Below are positions 42,845 through 54,504 of a stretch of 64,000 nucleotides of DNA, one piece after another (position 1 is the first letter of the stretch; the number at the start of each line of letters is the position of its first letter). Under the pieces are notes generated by a model that saw only the letters and a list, made by a program, of their open reading frames with translations, had not been told where the DNA came from and did no database searches. Location: NCBI GenBank assembly GCA_002269645.1, contig NIVC01002964.1, forward strand, positions 1 through 64,000, in the 5' to 3' direction. Both the position numbers and the translations under genes were made by a program. Source of the DNA: Macrostomum lignano. Its lineage: Eukaryota.

Positions 42845-43470
42845 ACACAGACACTACTTAGACTCCATGGCAGACTACTTCGATAGGCACTACTTAGACG
42901 CTATGACAGACACTACTTAGACACTAAGACAGACACTACTTAGACACTAAGACAGACACTACTTAGACACTAAGACAGACACTACTTAGACGCTATGACA
43001 GACACTACTTAGACACTAAGACAGACACTACTTAGACACTAAGACAGACACTACTTAGACACTAAGACAGACACTACTTAGACACTAAGACAGACACTAC
43101 TTAGACGCTATGACAGACACTACTTAGACACTAAGACAGACACTACTTAGACACTAAGACAGACACTACTTAGACGCTATGACAGACACTACTTAGACAC
43201 TAAGACAGACACTACTTAGACGCTATGACAGACACTACTTAGACACTAAGACAGACACTACTTAGACACTAAGACAGACACTACTTAGACACTAAGACAG
43301 ACACTACTTAGACACTAAGACAGACACTACTTAGACGCTATGACAGACACTACTTAGACGCTATGACAGACACTACTTAGACGCTATGACAGACACTACT
43401 TAGACGCTATGACAGACACTACTTAGACGCTATGACAGACACTACTTAGACGCTATGACAGACGCTATGA
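42845..43470. repeat. 23-bp minisatellite
   Basis: GACAGACACTACTTAGACACTAA, ~27 copies. Confidence 0.95.
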
Positions 43471-43853
43471 GACGGGCATGCACTTATCAAACTAATACTT
43501 AAGCTACAGAAAGGAAGGAAAGGCAGACAGTCTGGCGCAGATATGCATTAGAAAAACAGTCTGGCGCAGATATGCATTAACAAAACAGTCTGGCGCAGAT
43601 ATGCATTAGCAAAACAGTCTCGCTCAAATGTCGAGTTGGGAAAATGAGTCAGGCTTATCGTGAAGAGGCTTAGCAGTTGCTGATAGCACGGATTAAGGCA
43701 TGCACTGGAGTGTAATATGCTTTTATATTTTACTGCTTCTTTGGCCAAAGGAAGGCAGCGGCGGAGTGGGCTTAAAGTAGAGATGCGTGCTGGGTTATGT
43801 ACATGCGGGCAGTCAGTGCTGGGTGTCTGCAGCGTTCAGCAGAATCTGCTACG

Positions 43854-44165
43854 TCACCAGATGCCCGGCGGCTTCCTCGGCGGCACCTTCTTGGGCCACC
43901 GGCTGCGCCGCCGCTTCGAGCGGGCCGCCGCTGCCCTGCTGGCTCGGCGGTGGACTGCGGTGGCTGACAGCGGAGCGGCGTCAGCTTCGACGGCAAGGCG
44001 CTGGCGGATCAGAGGCCAACGCTGGGCGGCCGTCATCAGGTAGGCCCCGTCAGCCGGAGCTGCATCGGCGGCGGGCGCGGAGGCGGCCAGCAGGGCGCAG
44101 AGGCAGCAGCAGGCGAAGACGGGCAGGAGCGGGGAGCAGTCGGAGAGTCGGTGCTGGGAGCGCAT
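43854..44165 (-). CDS. Putative small secreted peptide precursor, 103 aa
   Basis: ATG start; hydrophobic signal-like segment LLPVFACCCLCALLAASAPA; RSKRR convertase-type site before a basic C-terminal peptide (RSRWPKKVPPRKPPGIW); TATA-like element ~95 nt upstream. Confidence 0.5.
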   Translation of the reverse strand: MRSQHRLSDCSPLLPVFACCCLCALLAASAPAADAAPADGAYLMTAAQRWPLIRQRLAVEADAAPLSATAVHRRASRAAAARSKRRRSRWPKKVPPRKPPGIW

Positions 44166-44256
44166 GTCGGTGGCCTTGAAGTGTCAGCGGCTCAGTGGCT
44201 TCAGGCGGCTGGCTCGGCGAGTTGTCGATGCGAGTTCTGCCGCTCGCCTGCCACGC

Positions 44257-44438
44257 ATAAATAGAGAAATCCAGAGCTGCCCTCCCCCGCCGCCAGTGGT
44301 TGCTGGCCTGAGTCACTGGCGCGCCAAGATTTGAAATCTGAGTCAGGCCTGGGGAGGGAGGGGAAGAGGCGGGATGGAGAATCAAGGACGCGGATCTGGA
44401 GTCAGGCGAGTGCGGGGGCTGGCTGGCTCCGTGACTCA
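44257..44438 (-). promoter_or_regulatory. TATA-like element plus three AP-1 consensus sites
   Basis: TATTTAT on the minus strand at ~44257-44263; TGAGTCA at 44309 and 44339; TGACTCA at 44432. Confidence 0.45.
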
Positions 44439-44938
44439 TCCGCTGCGTGTGCGCTTAAAAGTCCGCGTCCTTGATCACGTGACGGCTGCTTAGTAGGAGT
44501 CGCCAAAAATAGTCGGGCGGGCGCACACTTGGCCTTATGAGACGGGGCAGCTCAGCCTGGACGAGCAAAGTGAGCAGGTTGTGACACACCTGCGATAAGG
44601 GCCAGCTCGCCCACGCAGGTCCCAAATTCGTGCAGAACTGCGTGGTCGCCCTGCCAGGAGGATCCTTGATCGCCAACAGTGGAACTTTCAACAGCGAATG
44701 CATTTTGACAAAGATTTTTGGCTTCAACAAGTTAAGAGCCAACTTGAAAAACTGAGCTCAAATGTGTGGTAGGGCGGTTTTTAAAAGTGCTTGTTCAGAT
44801 TATAAACTGATTTTTATGTAGCTTTAAGCCGATCGATATGATCAATAAATAATGACTAATTAATTATATTATTAGTTTTTAATTGTAAAAATCGTACGAG
44901 CTAAGAATATAAGTAAACTCGTAAAAGTAAAATCGAAA

Positions 44939-45120
44939 GGATTGTTGCCTAGTGGTTAGTGTCGGACTCGCGACTTGAAGGTCGGGGGCTCGATTCCCGA
45001 TTCCACTGGAAAAATTTGTGTCCTTGAGCAAGACACTTAACTCTGCATTGCTTTAGTTCACCCAGCTGTAAAATGCCAGCATTAACTGGGGTAATTGAGG
45101 GTGTGTGGTGACCCCCCCCC
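44939..45120 (+). mobile_element. tRNA-derived SINE with a CORE-like central domain
   Basis: A-box TAGTGGTTAG at 44950; B-box-like GGCTCGATTCC at 44987; then GTGTCCTTGAGCAAGACACTTAAC...CACCCAGCTGTAAAATG resembling the MIR/CORE consensus (from memory). Confidence 0.7.
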
Positions 45121-45640
45121 CAGTCCTTGGACTGAACAGCCGTAAGCAGCCTTCAGATGCGCCGCGCAATAGCTGCGGCTGAGCTGTCGGTTGCACATCT
45201 GGCCATCAGGGCAGGTGTTATCAATTATTAATAATTATTATTAATCGTAAGTATATTTTTTCAACGAGACAACAGTAAACACGCGCCACGAGCCCAGCTT
45301 CAATGTCCTTTATAAGCCAGAAAGGCAGTTGAAGTCGTTTCCGTAAATTAAAAGTGCACCCACTCAAAGTTCCGTGAAAGTCTCAATAATTCTAGGCCTC
45401 CAACGCTCGGTACACAGGCTAACAGACAAGGTTAATATCATCAAACACGTCGTCCTCAGTGTCGTTTCCACCCCAAATGCTAATTATAGATCTCCTTGGC
45501 TTTATCGCGTTGTTATCGTCTATGGCACTCGTGCAATCGTCCCGAGACGTTAACAACGCTCAGAATTCGGGGTAATCCCCCATTTTCATGCACGCTAAAC
45601 CGCACGGGCACTCAGCACTCCTATCGGACACCGCGCACTC

Positions 45641-45937
45641 ATGGCGACTCCGCAGCGCTCCTGGCTGCTGGCTGTCGCCTTCTGCTGCCTGGCCGCTCTC
45701 GGCTCGCTGCAGCCGCTGCCGCAGAACTCCAGCAGCCTCCAGAGCAACGGCACCCTCCATCTGGCTCCGACTCCAGCCAGCGGCGTCAAAAATTTCATCG
45801 GTCGCGACTTCCGCCTGCCGGAGAGCCGGTCGATGAACACCAGCTGGTACATCATTCTGATGTGGACCGTTTCTGTCCTGCTGGCCAGCCTCGTCATTCT
45901 GGTGGCTTTCGTCTTCGTGCAGCAGTTCCTGCTGTAG
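45641..45937 (+). CDS. Putative small single-pass membrane or GPI-type glycoprotein, 98 aa
   Basis: ATG start; signal peptide MATPQRSWLLAVAFCCLAALG; sequons NSS, NGT, NTS; C-terminal hydrophobic helix WYIILMWTVSVLLASLVILVAFVFV. Confidence 0.6.
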   Translation: MATPQRSWLLAVAFCCLAALGSLQPLPQNSSSLQSNGTLHLAPTPASGVKNFIGRDFRLPESRSMNTSWYIILMWTVSVLLASLVILVAFVFVQQFLL

Positions 45938-45947
45938 CCATCTGCGG

Positions 45948-46872
45948 GTCACGCCTGTGTCAGACTGGGTCACGCCTGTGTCAGACTGGGTCACGCCTGT
46001 GTCAGACTGGGCCACGCCTGTGTCAGACTGGGTCACGCCTGTGTCAGACTAGGTCAAGCCTGTGTCAGACTGGGTCACGCCTGTGTCAGACTGGGTCACT
46101 CCTGTGTCGGACTGGGTCACGCCTGTGTCAGACTGGGCCACGCCTGTGTCAGACTGGGCCACGCCTGTGTCAGACTGGGTCACGCCTGTGTCAGACTGGG
46201 CCACGCCTGTGTCAGACTAGGTCATGCCTGTGTCAGACTGGGCCACGCCTGTGTCAGACTGGGTCACGCCTGTGTCAGACTAGGTCAAGCCTGTGTCAGA
46301 CTGGGTCACGCCTGTGTCAGACTGGGTCACTCCTGTGTCGGACTGGGTCACGCCTGTGTCAGACTGGGCCACGCCTGTGTCAGACTGGGCCACGCCTGTG
46401 TCAGACTGGGTCACGCCTGTGTCAGACTGGGCCACGCCTGTGTCAGACTAGGTCATGCCTGTGTCAGACTGGGCCACGCCTGTGTCAGACTGGGCCACGC
46501 CTGTGTCAGACTGGGTCATGCCTGTGTCAGACTGGGCCACGCCTGTGTCAGACTGGGTCACGCCTGTGTCAGACTAGGTCAAGCCTGTGTCAGACTGGGT
46601 CACGCCTGCGTCAGACTGGGCCACGCCTGTGTCAGACTGGGCCACGCCTGTGTCAGACTGGGTCACGCCTGTGTCAGACTGGGCCACGCCTGTGTCAGAC
46701 TGGGCCACGCCTGTGTCAGACTGGGTCACGCCTGTGTCAGACTAGGTCAAGCCTGTGTCAGACTGGGTCACGCCTGTGTCAGACTGGGTCACGCCTGTGT
46801 CAGACTGGGTCACGCCTGTGTCAGACTGGGTCACGCCTGTGTCAGACTGGGTCAAGCCTGTGTCAGACTGGA
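45948..46872. repeat. 21-bp minisatellite
   Basis: GTCAGACTGGGTCACGCCTGT, ~44 copies. Confidence 0.95.
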
Positions 46873-47221
46873 CCTATTTACTATCTACTACTTACTACCA
46901 GTCTTTTACGAGCTAAACAGTTTAAATTTATGCATGCTAAAAATAATTTATCATTTTTATCAGTAAACGTGTATCTGGTTCTGCACCCACATCCGTTATC
47001 AACCGTCTGATTTACGCTTATTAATGAATTGCACTAAAGTAAGAAAGTAAATTGCTACTCACCAGATGCTATTTATAGCACTCCCAGCCAGCCAGGTCTC
47101 CTACTGTCTATGGCCAAGCCTGCGTGAAAACTGCCAGGCCCCAGGCTTCATAAAGCAAAACTGTAGGCAGCATATTGAAGGCACTGAGGTCTCGGCGCTC
47201 CTTGATTTTCTTCGAATTCAG

Positions 47222-50200
47222 ACCTGCCAAGCTCCGCTACCGATCGACATCACGGATGCCGCGGCTGCGTCCACCGTCCTCGGCCAGGCGGACCTGGTGC
47301 CCGGCCAGGTCCCGCCAGCTTGCCATGCCCGGTGAGTCTGCGTGAGTCTGTGAGTGAATCTGAGTCTGCCCTGCTCTGCTTCATGTAAAATAATGAGCTG
47401 CTCATTCATACTCAGCTCTGCCCCATGTCCGTATTTGCTTTTCTCCCCAATCCCAATTGTATTTTCTGAGGGATGCTGAAGAGAGTGAACACACTGGCAC
47501 ACAGCAGACTGGCACACTTCAGACTGGCACACAGCAGACTGGCATGCAGCAGACTGGCACACAGCAGACTGGCATGCAGCAGACTGGCACACAACATACT
47601 GGCACACTTCAGACTGGCACACTTCAAACTGGCACGCTTCAGACTGGCACAGTTCAGACTGGCACACTTCAGACTGGCACACAGCAGACTGGCACACAGC
47701 AGACTGACATACAGCAGACTGGCACACAGATCAGACTGGCATGCAGCAGACTGGCACACAGCAGACTGGCACACAGCAGACTGGCACACAGCAGACTGGC
47801 ATGCAGCAGACTGGCACACAGCAGACTGGCATGCAGCAGACTGGCATGCAACACTCTCACAACTGCAGAAATTTCCTCGGAGGAGCCGCTGCCCGCCCTG
47901 TCCAGCAACCGGCACTGCAGTTCCAAGCCGCAGAAGCCGGTTAACCCCCCGCCGCCAGTTGAGCCCAGCATCTCGCCGGCTGCCGAGGAGGCGCTGCAGG
48001 AGGAGCCGTCACTGTCGGAAATTCCCGAGGAGTCGCCTCAGCCGCCACCGCCGCCGAGAAAGAAACCTGCGAAAAAGGAGGGCCTGGACTTCTCCTACCT
48101 GAAAGACGGCCTGACGGCTGACGGCCCGCAGGATCCGGAGGAGAAGGAGGCGCGCAAGTGAGATGGCCGCAGATGAGCTGGAACCTGACCCACTCAGTCC
48201 TGACCCACTCAGTCCTGACCCACTCAGTCCTGACCCACTCACCCCTGACCCACTCACCCCTGACCCACTCACCCCTGACCCACTCACCCTTGACCCACTC
48301 ACCCCTGACCCACTCACCCTTGACCCACTCACCCCTGACCCACTCACCCCTGACCCACTCACCCCTGACCCACTCACCCCTGACCCACTCACCCCTGACC
48401 CACTCACCCCTGACCCACTCACCCCTGACCCACTCACCCCTGACCCACTCACCCCTGACCCACTCACCCCTGACCCACTCACCCATAACCCACTCACCCA
48501 TGACCCACTCACCCCTGACCCACTCACCCCTGACCCAATCACCCCTGACCCAATCACCCCTGACCCACTCACCCCTGACCCACTCACCCCTGACCCACAC
48601 ACTCCCAACCCACTCACCCCTGACCCACTCACCCCTGACCCACACACTCCCAACCCACTCACCCATGACCCACTCACTCCCAACCCACTCACCCATGACC
48701 CACTCACCCCGACCCACTCACCCCTGACCCACTCACCCCTAACCCACTCAGTCCTATCTCACTCAGTCCTAACTCACTCAGTCCTAACCCACTCACCCCT
48801 GACCCACTCACCCCTGACCCACTCACCCCTGACCCACTCACCCATAACCCACTCACCCATGACCCACACACTCCCAACCCACTCACCCATAACCCACTCA
48901 CCCCTGACCCACACACTCACAACCCACTCACCCATGACCCACTCACTCCCAACCCACTCACCCATGACCCACTCACTCCCAACCCACTCACCCATGACCC
49001 ACACACTCCCAACCCACTCACCCATAACCCACTCACCCATGACCCACACACTCCCAACCCACTCACCCATGACCCACTCACTCCCAACCCACTCACCCCT
49101 GACCCACTCACCCCTGACCCACTCACCCCTGACCCACTCACCCCTGACCCACTCACCCCTGACCCACTCACCCCAAACCCACTCACCCCTGACCCACACA
49201 CTCCCAACCCACTCACCCCTGACCCACACACTTCCAACCCACTCACCCCTGACCCACTCACCCCTTACCCACTCACCCCTGACCCACTCACCCCTGACCC
49301 ACTCACCCCTAACCCACTCACCCCTGACCCACTCACCCCTGACCCACTCACCCCTGACCCACACACTCCCAACCCACTCACCCATGACCCACTCACTCCC
49401 AACCCACTCACCCCTGACCCACTCACCCATGACCCACTCACTCCCAACCCACTCACCCATGACCCACTCACTCCCAACCCACTCACCCCTGACCCACACA
49501 CTCCCAACCCACTCACCCCTGACCCACTCACCCCTGACCCACTCACCCCTGACCCACTCACCCCTGACCCACTCACCCCTGACCCACTCACCCCTTACCC
49601 ACTCACCCCTGACCCACTCACCCATAACCCACTCACCCATGACCCACTCACCCCTGACCCACTCACCCCTGACCCAATCACCCCTGACCCAATCACCCCT
49701 GACCCACTCACCCCTGACCCACTCACCCCTGACCCACACACTCCCAACCCACTCACCCCTGACCCACACACTCCCAACCCACTCACCCATGACCCACTCA
49801 CTCCCAACCCACTCACCCCTGACCCACTCACCCATGACCCACTCACTCCCAACCCACTCACCCATGACCCACTCACTCCCAACCCACTCACCCCTGACCC
49901 ACACACTCCCAACCCACTCACCCCTGACCCACTCACCCCTGACCCACTCACCCCTGACCCACTCACCCCTGACCCACTCACCCCTGACCCACTCACCCCT
50001 TACCCACTCACCCCTGACCCACTCACCCATAACCCACTCACCCATGACCCACTCACCCCTGACCCACTCACCCATAACCCACTCACCCATAACCCACTCA
50101 CCCATGACCCACTCACTCCCAACCCAATGGCACCGACCCGCAGAGCAGCGCTGGGGTCGGTGGAGGCCGCACTCAAGGTCGCGCAGGCCCGAGCCGATCG

Positions 50201-50470
50201 CCTCGCCGAGTTGGCGGCGGATTCGACCGGTGACGCTCGCGGCCGCTGCGCCACGCTGGAGGAGGCCCGCCAGCTCAAGCAGTGCATCGCCGGCCTGGGC
50301 GAGATTTTGAGCTGCCTCCGCCGCAGGCAGCCAGCCGTCTTGAGTCACAGGGAGACCGGGCGGTGCTGCGGCCCGCGGCTGGCCGACTGTCCGCACAGCG
50401 GCCGAGACCGCCTGGCCGAGCTGCGGAGCCGCTACGAACGGAGCCTCCTGCTGACACCGGCTGACGTCAG
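47222..50470 (+). CDS. Internal exons of an unidentified gene (~47222-47331, 47867-48158, 50142-50470); ends not resolved
   Basis: GC-rich islands bounded by AG/GT sites with compatible phases; Pro/Glu-rich segment (EPLPALSSN...KKEGLDFSYLKDG) followed by a helical segment (AALKVAQARADRLAEL...LEEARQLKQCIAGLGEIL). Confidence 0.5.
47490..47850. repeat. 15-bp intronic minisatellite
   Basis: CAGACTGGCACACAG, ~24 copies. Confidence 0.93.
48165..50125. repeat. 15-bp C/A-rich intronic minisatellite
   Basis: ACCCACTCACCCCTG, ~130 copies. Confidence 0.95.
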
Positions 50471-50934
50471 GTGAGCTTGGGGCTCAGCCTCATCCTTGGC
50501 TCAGCCTCTCCTGTGCCTCATCCTTGACTCAGCCTCTTCTGTGCCTCATCCTTGACTCAGCCTCTCCCGTGCCTCATCCTTGACTCAGCCTCTCCCGTGC
50601 CTCATCCTTGGCTCAGTCATTTTGTAGTGTAGACACAAGCCTATTCACTCGCAGATGCAATCGATGCAGCTCCAGCTCTGCATGTCAGGCCAGGCTCCTA
50701 CTCTTAAAGCTTGTGTAACAGCCAAAGTTTCAGAGGTCAAGGCAACCAAACTGGCAATGAAAAATTGTCTTAGCTGGTATTGAAATCGCTCAGTTTAGCC
50801 TTCAAGACATTTGCGTTTCTTTCTAAATAAATGCAGATGCGTCAGCTCTGTCCTTCCGTGTCAGATCCCGCGCTTTTTCTGTTGCTTCCTGGTTTCTGCG
50901 CCTCACCCCCCGTCAGTAAGCGTTGAAACTGCTG

Positions 50935-51830
50935 GAGTCCCATAGGAGTCCCATAGGAGTCCCATAGGAGTCCCATAGGTGATTTATAGGAGTCCCATAG
51001 GAGTCCCATAGGAGTCCCATAGGAGTCCCATAGGTGATTCATAGGAGTCCCATAGGAGTCCCATAGGAGTCCCATAGGAGTCCCATAGGTGATTCATAGG
51101 AGTCCCATAGGAGTCCCATAGGAGTCCCATAGGAGTCCCATAGGTGATTCATAGGAGTCCCATAGGAGTCCCATAGGAGTCCCATAGGTGATTCATAGGA
51201 GTCCCATAGGAGTCCCATAGGAGTCCCATAGGAGTCCCATAGGAGTCCCATAGGAGTCCCATAGGAGTCCCAAAGGAGTCCCATAGGTGATTCATAGGAG
51301 TCCCATAGGAGTCCCATAGGAGTCCCATAGGTGATTCATAGGAGTCCCATAGGAGTCCCATAGGAGTCCCATAGGAGTCCCATAGGTGATTCATAGGAGT
51401 CCCATAGGAGTCCCATAGGAGTCCCATAGGAGTCCCATAGGAGTCTCATAGGAGTCCCATAGGAGTCTCATAGGAGTCTCACAGGAATCCCACAGGAGTC
51501 CCATAGGAGTCCTATAGGAGTCCCATAGGAGTCTCATAGGAGTATCACAGGAATCCCACAGGAGTCCCATAGGAGTCCCATAGGAATCCCATAGGAGTCC
51601 CATAGGAGTTTCATAGGAGTCTCACAGGAATCCCACAGGAGTCCCATAGGAATCCCATAGGAGTCCCATAGGAGTTTCATAGGAGTCTCACAGGAATCCC
51701 ACAGGAGTCCCATAGGAGTCTCATAGGAATCCCACAGAAGTCTCATAGGACTCCTAAAGGAGTCTCATAGGAGTCTCATAGGAGATTCATAGGTGTCTCA
51801 TAGGAATCTCATAGGAGACTCATAGGAGAC
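50935..51830. repeat. 11-bp minisatellite
   Basis: ATAGGAGTCCC, ~80 copies, degenerating at the 3' end. Confidence 0.95.
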
Positions 51831-52146
51831 AGTGGGATGGCAGGTAGCAGAGTCCCACCGAAGAGAATGGGATGCTTCAGAAAGAACTTTTTGCTTCATG
51901 TAGCCAGCGTGTTGATTTTTCCCAGGGATTCTCGGAGATTTGCTAGAGAAAATTTCACTGGCCTGAGGTTGTAAAGAGACGACCCGAGTCAGAACTCTGT
52001 TTCCCTATACAGATTTCCAGCTTGAGGTGTCCATGGATTTTGATGGTCTTTAGCAGTTGCTGACGGCCAACTGAATTTTAAAATAAGCGGGAAAAACTCG
52101 TGCAGACTGGAAGCTGACGATGATGGCGAGGCTCGGGGAGGGGCAG

Positions 52147-52207
52147 AGCTGCTCAGCGGTTAAGGCGTCCGACTCTCGGGCCACAGTAGCCCGGGTTCGA
52201 TTCCACG
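52147..52207 (+). mobile_element. tRNA-like SINE head
   Basis: GCTCAGCGGTTAAGG (A-box-like) and GGTTCGATTCC (B box); no acceptor stem. Confidence 0.45.
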
Positions 52208-53372
52208 TGTAGTTCAATTAATTTTGTGCGGAGTGTGTACAGCCTGGCGATGAGAAAGTCGGGACGCCTGTACAACCCGACTATGAGAAAGTCGGGATGG
52301 CTGTGTACAGCCTGGCGATGAGAAAGTCGCCTCCTCGCTGGCTGCTGCCAACCGAGCTGAACCGCCCCCTCCCCGCCTTCCAGCTGGCCGTTCGTCCACC
52401 TGATCGCCCCGGCCTGGCCGGCTCCACCCAGCGCCGCGGAGGCCTGCCGCTCGTTGGCCAACGACTGCGGGAGCGCCTGACGACCGAGGCACCTCGGCAA
52501 CCTGGCCGTCCAGAAACTGAATTTTTTACAGACTGAGAAGTTCATTGCCGAATTACACTCGATTAACGGCCTTGGTTGCCAAGGGCAAAGCTTGGTTGGG
52601 GGCGATTTCAGTTTTCTTCTTATGCAATCACAGAGTCTCCAAAATGTGTTAATTCTTTGGTTGAATGTCGCAGGAAAATGTGGCATGAATTCCCCCGCAA
52701 GACTGAGCTGGTCAGATTTGTTGATATTGCTGACTTCGAATGCAGCCGCTTTCCAAACCGCAGATAGAAAGAGTGAAAAATTAAAGAAAAGTGTTTGCGA
52801 AAAAACTTTGAATCTTCAAACTACTACAAACTACGGAGTGGGCGCGCGGCGACAGTTGCCGAGCGGCAGTTGGCCAAAAACTCCCCGCTTTCGTTTAGAG
52901 CACTCGAAAATGAAGAGGCAGAGAATTTCTGCAAAACACTTCAACGTCGAGGAGTAGCGCGAGCGCACTTGAAGTTTTTCTCGAGTGACTCTCCGCTCGT
53001 GAAACCCGTGGCCTCGGGGAGTTCACTTGCGCTCCGGGTTTCAAACCGGTCCAAACCTGTTGCTGCTGCGGACTCGCCGCTGGCCACTCCCGAAGCGGCG
53101 CTGCCGCAACTTCAAGAGGATCTGCATCGATGGCCCCGCAGCTCCTGAGTAGCGAAGTTGGGCTAACAGAGTTCAGGCTGTGCCCGACTCACACCGGGTT
53201 GCTAGGCTGCGCTGGGCAGGGGGATGTTGCCCAGCTCTTGAAGCTCCCCCCCCCCCCGCGATCCTCGGACCCAGCTTTGCCGGCAGGTGCAGACCGAAGG
53301 CAGCTGAGAGTGCCGCTTCACACCTGTGCATCGATAACGGAGGAGTCAGGGGCAGCCCGGACCCGCATTGTC

Positions 53373-53444
53373 TATAAATGATGCCGCTCCGAGACCCTCG
53401 GTAACAGTCAATTTGGAAGAAATCTGAAGCACCGGATACGCCAG
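53373..53444 (+). promoter_or_regulatory. TATA box and putative non-coding first exon of the Arg-rich protein gene
   Basis: TATAAA at 53373-53378; candidate start ~30 nt downstream; perfect donor CAG|GTAAGT at 53444/53445; acceptor TTTCAG at 54497, 7 nt before the ATG. Confidence 0.6.
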
Positions 53445-53465
53445 GTAAGTGAGCGGCCGCTAAAT

Positions 53466-54475
53466 TCTGGTCAGGTAGCTGTAGGATTCTGTAGCGAAAG
53501 TCTGGTCAGGTAGGTGTGGGATTCTGTAGCGAAAGTCTGGTCAGGTAGGTGTGGGATTCTGTAGCGAAAGTCTGGTCAGGTAGGTGTGGGATTCTGTAGC
53601 GAAAGTCTGGTCAGGTAGGTGTGGGATTCTGTAGCGAAAGTCTGGTCAGGTAGGTGTGGGATTCTGTAGCGAAAGTCTGGTCAGGTAGGTGTGGGATTCT
53701 GTAGCGAAAGTCTGGTCAGGTAGGTGTGGGATTCTGTAGCGAAAGTCTGGTCAGGTAGGTGTGGGATTCTGTAGCGAAAGTCTGGTCAGGTAGGTGTGGG
53801 ATTCTGTAGCGAAAGTCTGGTCAGGTAGGTGTGGGATTCTGTAGCGAAAGTCTGGTCAGGTAGGTGTGGGATTCTGTAGCGAAAGTCTGGTCAGGTAGGT
53901 GTGGGATTCTGTAGCGAAAGTCTGGTCAGGTAGGTGTGGGATTCTGTAGCGAAAGTCTGGTCAGGTAGGTGTGGGATTCTGTAGCGAAAGTCTGGTCAGG
54001 TAGGTGTGGGATTCTGTAGCGAAAGTCTGGTCAGGTAGGTGTGGGATTCTGTAGCGAAAGTCTGGTCAGGTAGGTGTGGGATTCTGTAGCGAAAGTCTGG
54101 TCAGGTAGGTGTGGGATTCTGTAGCGAAAGTCTGGTCAGGTAGGTGTGGGATTCTGTAGCGAAAGTCTGGTCAGGTAGGTGTGGGATTCTGTAGCGAAAG
54201 TCTGGTCAGATAGGGGTGGGATTCTGTAGCGAAAGTCTGGTCAGGTAGCTGTAGGATTCTGTAGCGAAAGTCTGGTCATGTAGCTGTGGGATTCTGTAGC
54301 GAAAGTCTGGTCAGGTAGGTGTGGGATTCTGTAGCGAAAGTCTGGTCAGGTAGGTGTGGGATTCTGTAGCGAAAGTCTGGTCAGGTAGGTGTGGGATTCT
54401 GTAGCGAAAGTCTGGTCAGGTAGGTGTGGGATTCTGTAGCGAAAGTCTGATCAGGTAGGTGTGGGATTCTGTAGC
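53466..54475. repeat. 35-bp homogeneous minisatellite in the 5'UTR intron, ~29 copies
   Basis: TCTGGTCAGGTAGGTGTGGGATTCTGTAGCGAAAG. Confidence 0.95.
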
Positions 54476-54504
54476 TAAGTCTGCTCCTACATTTCAGACT
54501 CAAA

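Noticed and set aside
45496-51746. Long periodic ORFs (CQTGSRL, THSPL, GEWVR, GLLWDSYGTP and others)
   Set aside because: Translations of non-coding minisatellites whose unit lengths or composition avoid stops; no splice or domain support.
44939-52207. tRNA genes at 44939 and 52147
   Set aside because: A and B boxes are present but there is no acceptor stem or complete cloverleaf; better explained as SINE heads.
53466-54475. CRISPR-like 35-bp repeat array
   Set aside because: Units are contiguous with no unique spacers, there are no cas genes, and the context is a eukaryotic intron.
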